A stretch of 64,000 nt of DNA from Takakia lepidozioides (GCA_030704615.1 CM060733.1:62000001-62064000), one strand, 5' to 3'; shown: positions 26,338 to 38,237, counted from the stretch's first letter. The notes: generated by a model not told the origin, from the letters alone. Translations and numbers: made by a program.

Positions 26338-27290
26338 CTTCTAGACTTGTTTGGAGGGATCAGCACCTGATTGGCTGCTGTTCTACAGGCAGGTGTATAA
26401 GTTCGGTGTTACTTGTATGTGGAGAGGGATGAGACTGCACGACGCATCTCACTCCGTCATGTTGCTCAGTTGGTGCGGCAGTACCCTGAGTGGTTGCCGG
26501 TGTCTGCGGTTCGTGGATATCAGCAGGCCTTGCCAGCAGACATTTTGTTGTTGGGGGCGCAGGATTTGGAGCGGGTTGGCTCCATTGATCTGGTAGTGGC
26601 AGGTTGGCCCTGACAAGGGCATTCATCAGCCAGGCATGGCAATGGATTGCGAGACTTGAGGTCGGATTTGTTTTGGGAGATGGTGCGGGTTTTGCTGCAC
26701 TTACAGCTTCATCAAGCTGTATCTCCAACATACATCTTGGAGAATGTGCCACTGATGGGCGATTCTCGGGCCAGGGTGATGGCCAGTGTGCATCAAGTCC
26801 GGTCGTGGCTTGGGTCAGCAGTGTTGCTGGATGCAGCTGCAGTGGGGTTACGGGCTCATTGTCCACGGTCATGGTGGACTAACTTGATGTCACTCGCACT
26901 GCTCAAGCGTGCATTTGATGGGGTGTAGCGGCCAGCACATCTCATAGTGGATAGCATTTTGGACACAGGGAGGCAGTCTCAGCGTGTGAGACACGATGAC
27001 CGTTTGCATTTGGCAGTGGTCAACAAGGTGGGTCAACCACGAGCAGCACTACCTACACTACTCAGCTTCCCAGGATCGCATGCTTTTCCCAGGTGGTGGA
27101 CCTGGCCTCCTGTGGGATGCTCAGCTGCAGCAGTTAGTGGAGCCTAATGCCAACGAGCGAGAGCGGGCTATGGGTTTTCCCACTGGGACCACAGCGGTGC
27201 CTTCTCTTTCTGAGGCATCACGTCGTCAGGTGTTGGGGCAAGCGATGGATCTCAATTGCTTGACCTGGATTATCAGCTTGGCTATGGCTG
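26338..27290 (+). pseudogene. C5-cytosine DNA methyltransferase domain in gypsy pol, copy 1 (catalytic Cys codon is TGA)
   Basis: Motif I LLDLFGGIST, II YVERD, IV DLVVAGWP*QG (26611-26613), V DLRSDLF, VI YILENVP (26740), VIII AHCPRSWWTNL, IX ERERAMGFP, X RRQVLGQAMD. Motifs I-VIII share the reading frame of protease ORF 24832-26106. Confidence 0.9.
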
Positions 27291-30200
27291 AGCAACGTAG
27301 AGTGCGGAGTGCACTTCCCTTGACGGTCTCTCTGCCTACCGAGATGGTACAGGCAGTGAGTGGGGGCGAGCCGGTGAAGACCACGGGGTGTAGACATCCA
27401 TGGCACACGTGGGAGGTGCTCGAGGTTCAGAGGGAGTTGGCAGCCAAGGTGGCTGCGATGGATGAGGTTGGGGATTCTTCTCGGGTTGAGGAGGTCCTCA
27501 AGGATGAGATGATGGGGCAGGATGAGGCTTGTCATTGACTGAGCAGGCATGGAGTACATGCCTCATGAGGTTGCGGCATAGCAACCACGGGACGCGTCTC
27601 CTACCTCTAAGTCTGCTGGACTTAAGGTTGCAGTTACGGAGGACAATTGAGAGCCTGACATTGGATCCATTGTCATTGGAGGAGAGAGACGACATATACA
27701 GTGGTTCCTGAGGGCTTACAGGAATGCTTTGCCTTCAGTTTGAAGGATTTGGGAGCACTGAAGGGTCAGGAGATTTGATGAGTGGCCACGGACACGCCAA
27801 TCTTTCAGAGGACCTATAGATACAGTGACTTGGAGAGGTCTTTGATCAGATGGAGGACTCAAGATCTCTGGGAGGCTGGTTGGTGGAGCTCTCTGGTGTG
27901 AGAGTATGCTTCAGCCACGGTGATGCCAACCAAGAAGGATGTATATGGCAATTGACGGCGAGACGTATATGCGGTGACTACCGGCCAGTAAATCGTCAGA
28001 CCAAGTCCGATAAGTATGCCATGCCCACACTGGAGGAGATCTTTGATGCCATTGGGCATCCAAGGTCTTTAGCAATCGGACTTGCGGTCTGGATAACACC
28101 AGTTGCCAATCAAGGAGGCGGACAAGCAAAAACGACATTATGGGGGATCAATGAGCAGGGAAGGATTGCCTATATCAGTGGCGTTCCTACCATTCGGGTT
28201 AAGAACGCTCCTCAGAATTCCAGAGAGTCATGGACAGGATTCCGCAGGGGTGGACTTTGCTCGGTGCTACATAGATGACATCATCATCTTTAGTGCTACG
28301 GTGGAGGAGCACGAGAGACACCTTCAGGGGGTGTTGAGCGCTTGAGAGCTCACGGATTGAAATTACATCCGGGGAAGTGCAGTTTTTCCACAACCAGATG
28401 AGTTATCTCGGCCACATGATATATCATGGAGGATTGGGGGTGCAGGAGGGACTAAGGTAGAGGCCATCGCACAGATTCCACGTCCCAGGATATGAGCCGA
28501 GTTCGAGCTTCATGGGGTTGGCAAACTATTATAGACGGTTTGTCAAGGGTTAGTGCTATTGCAAGGCTCTAACCAAGCTGACCAAGGTAGACAAGGAGTG
28601 AGAGTGGCAGTTGGAAGATGAGCAAGAGCGAGCTTTTTAGGAGTCAAGGCGAGGTTGACCTCGGCCCCATCTTGAGACGACCTTTAAGGGGGCGTCCTTT
28701 CAACTGCATACAGATTGGAGCATGTTGGGGCTTGGAGCGGTGCTCACACAAGATGATGATGAGAGGAAGAGAGAGAGCTTCAAGCAATGCTGCAGAGTCT
28801 AAGTATAGCTCATATGAGGGGGAGTGCTTAGCTGCAGTGTGGGCCGTGGCACACTTCAGGTGCTATCTATACGGCAATCTCTTCACCCTTGTCACGGATC
28901 ACCAGCCACTCAAGTGGTTGATGGAGTCAGACAAGCCTTACAGGAAGCTTGCACGGTGGACACTTATACTCCAGAGTATGACTTTCAGGTTGTGCATCGA
29001 CCGGGTTTGGTCAATAGGGAGGATTGAGTCGCAATCCATGCACAAGCCAGCAGGATGACACTGGAGCTCGGTGGCATGGTGAGACGGACAAGGAGATGGT
29101 GCCGGGATGACATGCATCTGCCTTTTTTGTGTATCTTGGCATCGGGAGGTCAGATTGGACCTACAACAAGGATGAATGTAGACGGAGTGTCTGAGGACCC
29201 TGAGGCTAGTGATGAGCCAGGTGGTGCCAGAGCTATACATGAGGATTCGGTTGTATTGGACTATCTCCGCACTGGAGACACGACAGCTAGTGTGACTGCC
29301 AAGGAGAAGGATCGGATCCTGCAACGAGCCAAGAGGTTCAAGTGGGAGGGGATACACCTGCTGCGAGTGTGGGAGGATAGTCGGGTGAGGATCGGCCTCA
29401 CCCAACACAGCGTGCACGGTTAGTGCGGCATGCCCATGAGGAGTTGGGGCATTTTGGAGTGCGACGCACTCATAGTTTACTGCAGGGGCAGTATTGGTGG
29501 CGTGGTATGCACACAGAGGTGCAACAGTTCGTGGCTAGGTGCATGGTGTGTGACAGGGTGCGTGCTTCATTCAACGCCCATACACACAGTTGCATCCTTT
29601 ACCCATCATGGGATTGGGCTACAGGTGGAGTCTTGACTTCGCAGGGCCGTTGCTATTGACGATGCGCCACCACAAATATGTGTTGGTGATGGTGGAGCAC
29701 TTCTCCAAGTGGATTGAGTTGGTTCCATTTCCTGACAAGGCTAGTGAGGGGGCTGCGTATGCATTCCTGGATCGTGTGCTTAGCCGATTCGTGCTCCAGC
29801 TGAGGTACTGACGGACCAAGGGAGAGAGTTCTTGGGGGGTTTTAGGCTTGTGTGATAAAGCCTTGATAGACCACCGTACCACTTCTCGGGATCATCATGA
29901 GGCTAATGGCTTGGCAGAGAGAGTGGTTCAGACAGGGAAGAGGGTTTGCACAAGTATGGCTGGCAAAAGGGACCCTAGGAGATTGGGATCTCCAGGTACC
30001 TGGTTAGCCATGGGCTACAGGTTCAGCAAGCAAGCATCACTTGCCTCTTTCTCACCATATTTCCTTCTCTTTGGCCGAGACCGGAGATTTGCCTGCATCT
30101 ATTCGCAGGGAGGCTGCAGTAGTCCTCAACTTGATGATCCGGATGTGTGGACACAAGCATGTGCCCAGCGGGCAGAGTTATTCCAGAGAGTCATGCCTAT

Positions 30201-30522
30201 GGCTTTTGAGAATCTTGCTATTGCCCAACACCGAGACACATTGAAGTATGCCACTATACGTGGAGGGGGGATATCGGCCAGTGTGTTGGTGTTTCCACCT
30301 TGGGGACTATGTGTATCTGCAGCAGACAACGCCTACGACCTTGGATGTCACAGCAGGACGTGTGATTCTAAGGGTCAAGGAGGTGTTGCCTTCAGGAGTG
30401 TTGATTCTGGAGGGTCGAGATGACATGGTATGGAAGGACCATGTGCGTAATTGTGCGCCATGTCACTTCCACATGTGGATGGAGGATAGTTCCCACCTTG
30501 CAGTGGTACCTGCAGGGTGCGT

Positions 30523-30655
30523 TGCATGCTATGTGGGCATGCTCGTGGTGCCGCCACTATGCTGGTGTGTGATCGATGCTCAAGAGGTTGGCACATGGGA
30601 TGCTTGACACCACTCTCGGAGAGGGTCCTGATGGAGATGGTTATGTCCACACTGC
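30523..30655 (+). pseudogene. PHD finger at the integrase C-terminus
   Basis: CMLCGHARGAATMLVCDRCSRGWHMGCLTP...(frameshift)...WLCPHC gives C4HC3 spacing with the conserved W. This frame is not in the ORF track. Confidence 0.85.
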
Positions 30656-30928
30656 TTTGGATAGTGACATGGATATGACTAGTGGCAGCTAACAAGACAT
30701 GGGAGGCCAAGCTCATAGGAGTCAATAACTGAGATTTCATGCTCAAGTTCACAGGTTGCAAGACGACGACTAACGATGGGGCAACTCTTGTACCCGGCCT
30801 CTTGATCTATCGAGTTTGAGTGTAGTAGGGACAGTGGTGGAGGACTTAGTGAGGCTATGGCCACTATCACATCTTGGGGCTATCTGGACTTAGAGGGACC
30901 CAAGCGCCAGCTAGGGGGGGGGAGCGAT

Positions 30929-31855
30929 TGTGATGGACTAGTGGCAGACTATGATGGACTAGTGGCTGCACTAGTGGTGGCTAGTGGCAGCCTAGTGGTT
31001 GGACTAGTGGCTGCACTAGTGGTGGCTAGTGACAGACTAGTGGTGGACTAGTGGTTGCACTAGATGGGCTAGTGACAGACTAGTGGTTGGACTAGTGGCT
31101 GCACTAGTGGTGGCTAGTGGCAGCCTAGTGATGGACTAGTGGCTGCACTAGTGGTGACTAGTGGTTGTCTAGTGTTTGGTGTGCACATGTGTTGTGTGAT
31201 TTTGGACAACAATGTAGTTGTGTAGCGATATGTATGCGCACGACAGCTGTCAAGTTATTTTACCACTAGTGTGAAGTTAGCTTTTTTATATATTGACATT
31301 TGGGATCGACCCAAGTGTCAATCCAGGGGCCAATACATATTTGGGCACCTGACGTTGTTATCTTCACGGCAGATCGCGGTGGGCTCATCTTTCTCGAGTT
31401 GAGCCTCACCGCGTCTAGCTATGGCGCGTAGTGTGGATTCCCCATGGCGTGGGGTGCACTTGGCTCGACTTAATATATGAGTGATGTTTTCATGTGCAAG
31501 TGTGTGAGTTTGAGAGAGCTTGTATGCTTGTATTATTCCTTTCCTTATCATTGTGATGGACTAGTGGCAGCCTAGTGATGGACTAGTGGCTGCACTAGTG
31601 GTGGCTAGTGGCAGCTAGTGGTTGGACTAGTGGCTGCACTAGTGTGGCTAGCTAGTGGCTAGTGACTAGTGGCAGACTAGTGGCTAGTGGCACTAGTGAT
31701 GGACTAGTGGCTGCTAGTGGTGACTAGTGGTTGTCTAGTGGCAGCCTAGTGGTGCACTAGTGGTGGACTAGTGATAGACTAGTGTTTGGTGTGCACATGT
31801 GTTGTGTGATTTTGGACAGCAATGTAGTTATGTAGCGATATGTATGCGCACGACA
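30929..31855 (+). repeat. Gypsy LTR (30929-31550) followed by a partial second LTR (31552-31855), both rich in (A)CTAGTGG repeats
   Basis: Both start tgtgatggactagtggcag and share ctagtgtttggtgtgcacatgtgttgtgtgattttggac...tgtatgcgcacgaca. Confidence 0.85.
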
Positions 31856-31859
31856 TATT

Positions 31860-33200
31860 TTTTATAAGGGACATGAAGCCTGGAAATACTTACACTGTTC
31901 CAAGGTCATTGGCACACCTCTCACCTATACGGCCAAGGAGTTCAGGGAATTCACTCATTTTGCTTGCAAGCGATTAAAGCAAGTAGTCTAGTTCAAGCTT
32001 CCAGACATGGTGGGCCAACACTGCATGCCATGCAGGATTCCTAAAGAACCACTTAAGGTTCGGCCGCGGGAAGATGATTCTGATACTACTGGTTCTACAG
32101 AGGAACCTTTTGACATGGCAGAGGACTACGCACTACCAGAGAGAAGAAACGGCGGGGATCTCCTAAGCCTGAGAGGTTACCTCGTTATCAACCACAGGAG
32201 GGTCAGGCATTTCCGTTTGGTACTCAATCGTCTTCATCACCCAGTGACAGGGCTCGGGCTCGCACACAGAGCCCTCCAAAAGATTCTCACCGTCAGAATG
32301 GTGGCTGCTCACAACGGTTTGCTGATCCTAAACAATAAACCGTGAGGACACGGCTTTTTGAGAGGGGGAGGGGTAATGTTAGAGGGCTATCTGGGACTTA
32401 GACACTTTTATGGGTTCTGTGGGGTACCCTTAATTTTTGCGCAGACTTACGGATGGTAGACTTAGACCAACAGAGGCCTTAGGGGTGACAGGCGCAGGCT
32501 TTAGGGGGGGGGGGGGGGGGGGGGGGGGGTAGACAGGCTTACACAGTCAGTCACAGCCCGACACAGCCTCACACAGCCAGTCACAGCCCGTCACAGTCTA
32601 TCACAGCCCGACCCAGTCCGACACAGCGTCATAGCTTGGCACAGTCACAGCCCGACACAATTTGGCACAGCCCGTCACAGCGTACATAGGAACGGTTATC
32701 ATTGGCAGAGAACGACTGTGTGGGAATGACATCTGTAGAGGGAACGTGTTTACTTCTTAGGTGACAGTTAGTTAGTTAGGCGGTTAGAACAACTTGTAGA
32801 TAAAATAGGCAGAGCAAGCATCATAGGGGGGACTTCACGGGGGCACTTCTTGGTCATTCACGGGAGGAGAAGAAGCAGAGAGCAAGAACGGGAGCAAGGA
32901 TGGTGAGCACGGTGAAGGAGGAGAGATGAACAGTAGATGCTTGTTACATGCAAAGCTGTAGTGATACTGTAGAGCAAATTAAAGACACAATGGCTTCGGC
33001 CTGATACCTGATAAATCTTAATCTGATACTTATTCGAAACAATCACACTGTGTAGAGAGACATGAGTGAAGCTGTGGAATGAATGGATGAGTGAATGGAA
33101 CCTGGTAGATACTGAAGCAATCTGATGCTTCAGTATACACAGTAAGGTAATTTGCTAAAATGAAGGCAAGAAGGAATACAAATAGGAAGCACAACCATGA
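31860..33200 (+). mobile_element. 3' end of a different LTR retrotransposon (PPT plus LTR with G26 tract and GTCACAGCCC repeats)
   Basis: tgaggacacggctttttgagagggggaggggtaaTG: PPT 32360-32373, LTR start 32377; poly-G 32504-32529; cacagcc repeats 32540-32680. LTR end not fixed. Confidence 0.6.
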
Positions 33201-33627
33201 TTCACTAGCTGTAGGTCATGACTGATTGTTTTGAGCGGGCTGAGTGCTTAGAGATATCCAATTCTTCTATCTTGGAGTTTCCACCTCGGATATTGAAGGG
33301 ATGGGTGAGTAAAAGCCGCTCGACACCACCACGGCCCCAATGGACCGTGATGAGTCCCAAGACTCCCCACGACTCCAACCACAAGGTCTCGCCCATGTGG
33401 TCTTATGCCACCCCACTAAGACCCAAAGCTACTACCACCCCTCGTGAACCACCCCCACCGCAACCCGGTGTGCGGGGCTCCACATGGTGAGCGCCTCCGC
33501 CTCCTTGAGTGCCTTGGGCACTCAAGGGTGCTTTAGCCCCCGTACCTATTGTTGCCACTGCCCCCACCACAGGGGCAGCCCCTCTTGCGTCCCGACCCCC
33601 TGCCCTCAATGCAAAGGGCCGTGACAG

Positions 33628-36600
33628 CCATGGCCACAGCTCAGGTGATACTAGCTCCAAGGCTTGAGGGTCCACCCCCTGCTACTCAGGGAGGAGATAT
33701 GGGAGGCATGGGATTTATGTGCGGGGCAGCATTTGGAGGACCACTTGTACAGGTGGATTCTGCTGCAGTTGTGACTCGAGAAGCAGCACGAGTTCCTGAG
33801 CCACGAGGTGCAAAGGTGGAGTTGGATCCACAGCATGGGGAGGCAAGCTGTTAGGCTAGGCTGCCTCAATCATTCACATTGGTGGAGACAGTGTTGACGC
33901 CATCCATGGCACCCACTTCTTGCCCGACGGATACAAAGGTTGAGGTCACTGTGCCATTAGGAAGAGCTACACGTGCAGCACCATTATCTAGTGTTGCCAA
34001 GGCTACGGCAGCTAGTATGCTACTGGGGGCGGCCATATTTGTGTATCAGGCTCCATTATTCTTGGCAACCATGATTGCGACGCCGGGGGTAAGACCAGCT
34101 GTAGTGTTTAGACTGGCAGCGACACTTTGTGAGAGTGGGGAGGTCACTTCATCTTCTGCGGAGTTAGTGGAGGATGTAGTGGCGGAGGGATCCTTGGATT
34201 TGAGGGTCAAGACTGCCACGGCGGTGCCATGGCAAGCTGCAGCTGCCAGCTAGGCCAGCCATTGAGTGCGCCATGGTGACAACTGGGGTTGTCTTGTTAG
34301 ACAACCAGGATGCTGTTTGAGTGGACCGGCAGGCAAGAGGTATTAGCCACTGCGGGTTTTATTGGACTTGGGAGCTCAGCCGTTGATGCTGGGCAGAGCT
34401 GCTAAATTGCAGGCTTGGGCCTCACGGAGGCGGATATGGAGCCTTGTCCTTTCTAGATACATACATCTTTGGGAGGATCAAAGCAGGCTCGGGGCATGAC
34501 ACGGCGTGAGTTGGCTATCAGACTACAGCCGGATCACCCTATAGATGGCTCAGTGATGCAAGCCAATGCCATTGTGACAGACGCGGTCTCTTACGATGTC
34601 CTAGTTGGTGAGGCAATGATATACCCCATGGGCTTCACCCTGGATTTTTGGGAGGAGACAACCTCCTATAGGCCTGGATGGTAGTCAGGGGAGGGCCGAC
34701 GTGTGCAGCTCCCTGTGACATCATTGGGGGAGTTGCGGTTGCCCAGCAGGGCAAGATGCCGACACTAGCAGCATTCACAGCTGCAGTGAGTTGGCCTGGA
34801 GAGCTGTTGGAGGGCAATGCCCATGGAGAGGATGTGTCACCTCCAGCAGAGCACGATGATATGCATGGCACGGTGGAGTTGCCTGCCATGATTGCTCACA
34901 CCCCACTGTGGGGCACAAGCAAGGATTTGCAGCGGGTTGCTGATTGGCGGGTGCAACAAGCCTGGGTAGAGGCTTTTGTACCATCAGGAGAGGAGGAGAG
35001 TGCGATAATTGCACCAGGATCATCTCAGTTGTCGCCATTGGACACCACATCTCCGGATAAAGGCAGCCTTCTGGACTTGTTTGGCGGGATCAGCACTGGA
35101 TTGGCTGTTGTGCTATAGGCAAGTGTACGGATGAAGAAATACCTATATGTGGAGAGGGATGAGACTGCACGACGCGTCTCACTACGCCATGTTGCTCAGT
35201 TAGTACAGCAGTACCTTGAGCTGTTGCAGTTTGTGGATACCAGCAGGCATTACCAGCAGACATTTCCTTGCTGGGGGCGCAAGATTTGGAGCGGGCTGGC
35301 TCTATTCACTTGGTAGTGGCAGGTTGGCCCTGCCAAGGGCATTCATCGGCCAGGCATGGCAATGGATTGCGAGACTCGAGGTCGGGTCTGTTTTGGGAGA
35401 TGGTGCGGGTTTTGCACCATTTACAACTTCATCAAGCCAACGCTCCAGCATACATCCTGGAGAATGTGCCACTGATGGATGACACTCGGGCCCAGGTGAT
35501 GGCCATTGTGCATCAAGTTCGGTTGTGGCTCGGGTCAACAGTGTTGTTGGATGCAGCTGCAGTGGGGTCACGAGCTCATCGTCCACGGCTATGGTGGACC
35601 AACTTGATGCCACCAACACTGCTCAAGCGTGCATTTGATGGGGTGTAGCAGCTAGCACACCTAACAGTGGATAACATCTTGGACACGGGGAGGCAGTCTC
35701 AGCGTGTGAGACACGTTGACCGCTCACCTTTGGCAGTCGTCAACAAGGTGGGTCAACCACGAGCAACACTACCTACACTGCACAGCTTTCCAGGATCACA
35801 TGCTTTCCGGGACCTAGGCTCTTACTCAGTTGCAGCAGTTAGTGGAGCCTAATGCTGATGAACGTAAGCGGGCGATGGGTTTTTCCATTGGTACCACGAC
35901 GGTGCCATCTCTTTCTGAGGCATCACGTCGTCAGGTGTTGGGGCAAGCGATGGATCTCAATTGCTTGACCTGGATCATCAGCCTGAGTATGGCTGAACAG
36001 CGCAGGTTGCGGATAACTTCTCCCACTACACTTCCCTTGACAGGCTCCCTGCCTATCGAGACGGTACAGGCAGTGAGTGGGGGTGAGCAGGTGGGGACCA
36101 CGGGGTGCAGGCATCCATGGCACACGTCATTGACTGAGCAGACATGGAGTACTGCTCAAGAGCTTGCAACATAGCAACCACTGGATGCGTCCTCTACCTC
36201 TAAGCCCATTGGACTTAAGGTTGCAGTTACGGAGGACAATTGGGAGCCTAAAATTGGATCCATTGTCACCGGAGGAGAGAGACGACATATACGCCGATTC
36301 TTGAGGGCTTACAGGAATTGCTTTGCCTTCAGTTTGAAGGACTTGGGAGCACGTAAGGGTCAGGAAATTCGCATTGAGTTGGCCACTGACACGCCAATAT
36401 TTCGGAGACCCTATAGATACAGTGATATGGAGAGGTCCTTGAACCAGATGAGGACTCAAGACCTTTGGGAGGCTGGTTTGGTGGAGCTCTCTGGTGGAGA
36501 TTATACTTCAGCCACAGTGATGCCAGCCAAGAAGGATGTCTATGGCAATTGGACGGAGAGACGTATGTGCGGTGATTACTGGCCTGTAAATCGTCAGACC

Positions 36601-37612
36601 AAGTCCAACAAGTATGCCATGCCCACACCAGATGAGATCTTTGATGCCATTAGGCATGCCAAGGTCTTTAGCACTTTGGATTTGCGATCTGGATATCACC
36701 AGTTGCCAATCAAGGAGGCGGACAAGCAGAAGACGACATTATGGGGGATCAATGAGCATGGGAAGGATTGCCTATATCAGTGGCAATTCTTACCATTCGG
36801 GCTTAAGAACGCTCCTGCAGAGTTCCAGAGAGTCATGGATAGGATTCTAGCAAGGGTAAAGTTTGCTTGGTACTACATAGATGACATCATCATCTTCAGT
36901 GCTACGGTGGAGGAGCATGAGAGACATCTTCAGGTGGTATTTGAGCTTGAGAGCGCATGGATTGAAGCTGCATCCGGGGAAGTGCAAGTTTTTCCACAGC
37001 CAGATTGAGTATCTGGGTCACATGATATATCCTGGAGGATTGGGGGGTACATGAGACTAAAGTAGAGGGCGTTGCGCAAATCCCACGCCCCACGGATATG
37101 AGCCGAGTTCGAGCTTTCATGGGGTTGGCAAACTATTATAGACGGTTTGTCAAGGGATTTAGTGCCATTGCAAAGGCTCTAACCAAGCTGACCAAGGTGG
37201 ACCATGAGTGGCAGTGGGAATATGAGTAGGAACGAGCTTTTCGAGAGCTCAAGGCGAGATTGACCTCGACGCCCATCTTGAGACGACCTATCAGGGGGCG
37301 TTCCTTTCAACTACATACGGATTGGAGCATGCTGCGGCTTGGAGCAGTGCTCACACATGTGGATGATGAGGGAAGAGAGTTCGTAGTGGCTTATGCTAGC
37401 CGCTCGAACAATGCTGCAGATGCTAAGTATAGCTCATATGAGGGAGAGTGCATAGATGCAGTGTGGGCTGTGGCACACTCCAGGTGTTATCTATACGACA
37501 ATCTTTTCACCTTTGTCACGGATCACCAGCCACTCCAGTGGTTGATGGAGTCAGACAAGCTTACAGGGAAGCTTGCACGGTGGGCACTCATACTCCAGGT
37601 TATGCATCGACC
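33628..37612 (+). mobile_element. Ty3/gypsy-DNMT copy 2 (gag end, PR, DNMT, RT, RNase H; truncated at both ends)
   Basis: Colinear with ~24760-29003. RT ORF 36301-37008 (FSTLDLRSGYHQL, LPFGLKNAP, YIDDIIIFS); RNase H 37260-37600 (LHTDWS, VAYASR, TDHQPL). Confidence 0.92.
35068..35990 (+). pseudogene. C5-cytosine DNA methyltransferase domain, copy 2 (catalytic PCQ intact)
   Basis: LLDLFGGISTG (35068-35100), YVERD, VVAGWPCQGHS (Cys 35331-35333), DSRSGLF, YILENVP, AHRPRLWWTNL, ERKRAMGF, RRQVLGQAMD; stops and frameshifts elsewhere. Confidence 0.92.
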
Positions 37613-37766
37613 GGATGAGCCCAATGAAGCGGCCGTGTGGAGCGTAGATATTGGAAAGGCGAGGGCCCATGTGGATTAGCGGTTGGTCAGTTTTGATGTC
37701 TTTGTCGGGGTTGCATTCGGTTATGCAGATGTGGACATTGGGGGCAGTGATTGGTTTGTGGATGTA

Positions 37767-38237
37767 TCAGTTGTCTGTAGGTTGAGCGGGGGTGGCGTGT
37801 TGTTGGTGAATATGGGTTAGGTAGTCAGTGTTAGTGTGTTTGTAGAAGGTGGTGAGGAGGGTGAGATTGTGGTCGGGATCGCAATCATCATGTGAACCAA
37901 ATAGATCATCTTCTATTTGCCATGTGTTATCCTCTGAAGGATAGCCAGCCCATTTGCAGTGGTAGTAAGTATCTACGCAAGTGACACCAAAGGAATCAAT
38001 TGACGTTTGGGTCTTGACTCTAAGAATTGCTTCAATGATGAAGGCATCGGGGTTATCGGAGTTGTGTGAGGAGGAGGGGGGGAGGGTCGTCGGTGAGGTT
38101 AGTTGGGAGTGGGCAGGAGTTTCTGACATGCCTGCATCAGAGATTGATGTTGTGTGGGAGTTGTTGCGGGCAGGTTCGGTGTGTTGCATTGTTGGTAGTT
38201 GGTGAGGGGCAGTCGGGTGCGGCGGTAGTAGTGGCAT
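37767..38237 (-). pseudogene. Chromodomain-containing ORF fragment, probably from another retroelement
   Basis: DAFIIEAILRVK...YYHCKWAGYPSEDNTWQIEDDL matches the chromodomain core; lies near the broken end of gypsy copy 2 in opposite orientation. Confidence 0.7.

Larger units (their letters stand above)
23200..31550 (+). mobile_element. Ty3/gypsy LTR retrotransposon copy 1: gag-PR-DNMT-RT-RNaseH-INT-PHD-PPT-3'LTR (decayed; 5' LTR absent)
   Basis: Gag from 23316 with CWTCGGPHVKKDC and CGHCGKYGHGEAQC knuckles; PR RVLLDSGAQ ~25610; C5-MTase 26338-27290; RT YIDDIIIF ~28270; RNase H YSSYEGECLA / VTDHQPL; INT AHEELGHFG..CMVC, WSLDFAGP, LTDQG, NGLAERVV; PHD 30523-30655; PPT 30913-30924; LTR TG..CA 30929-31550. 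Confidence 0.92.

Noticed and set aside
26338-27290. Host DNMT gene or bacterial restriction-modification contaminant
   Set aside because: Intronless, in frame with the gypsy protease, repeated in a second element, and no restriction enzyme partner is present.
27700-30700. Programmed frameshifting in gypsy pol
   Set aside because: Many scattered single-base deletions, absent from copy 2 where the two overlap; better explained by decay or long-read error.
30929-31790. CTAGTGG arrays as a CRISPR array
   Set aside because: Short degenerate tandem units with no unique spacers, inside a TG..CA LTR after a PPT in eukaryotic DNA.
33205-33627. Inverted gag-like fragment before gypsy copy 2
   Set aside because: Only G/A/Q-rich compositional similarity; no intact CCHC knuckle confirmed.
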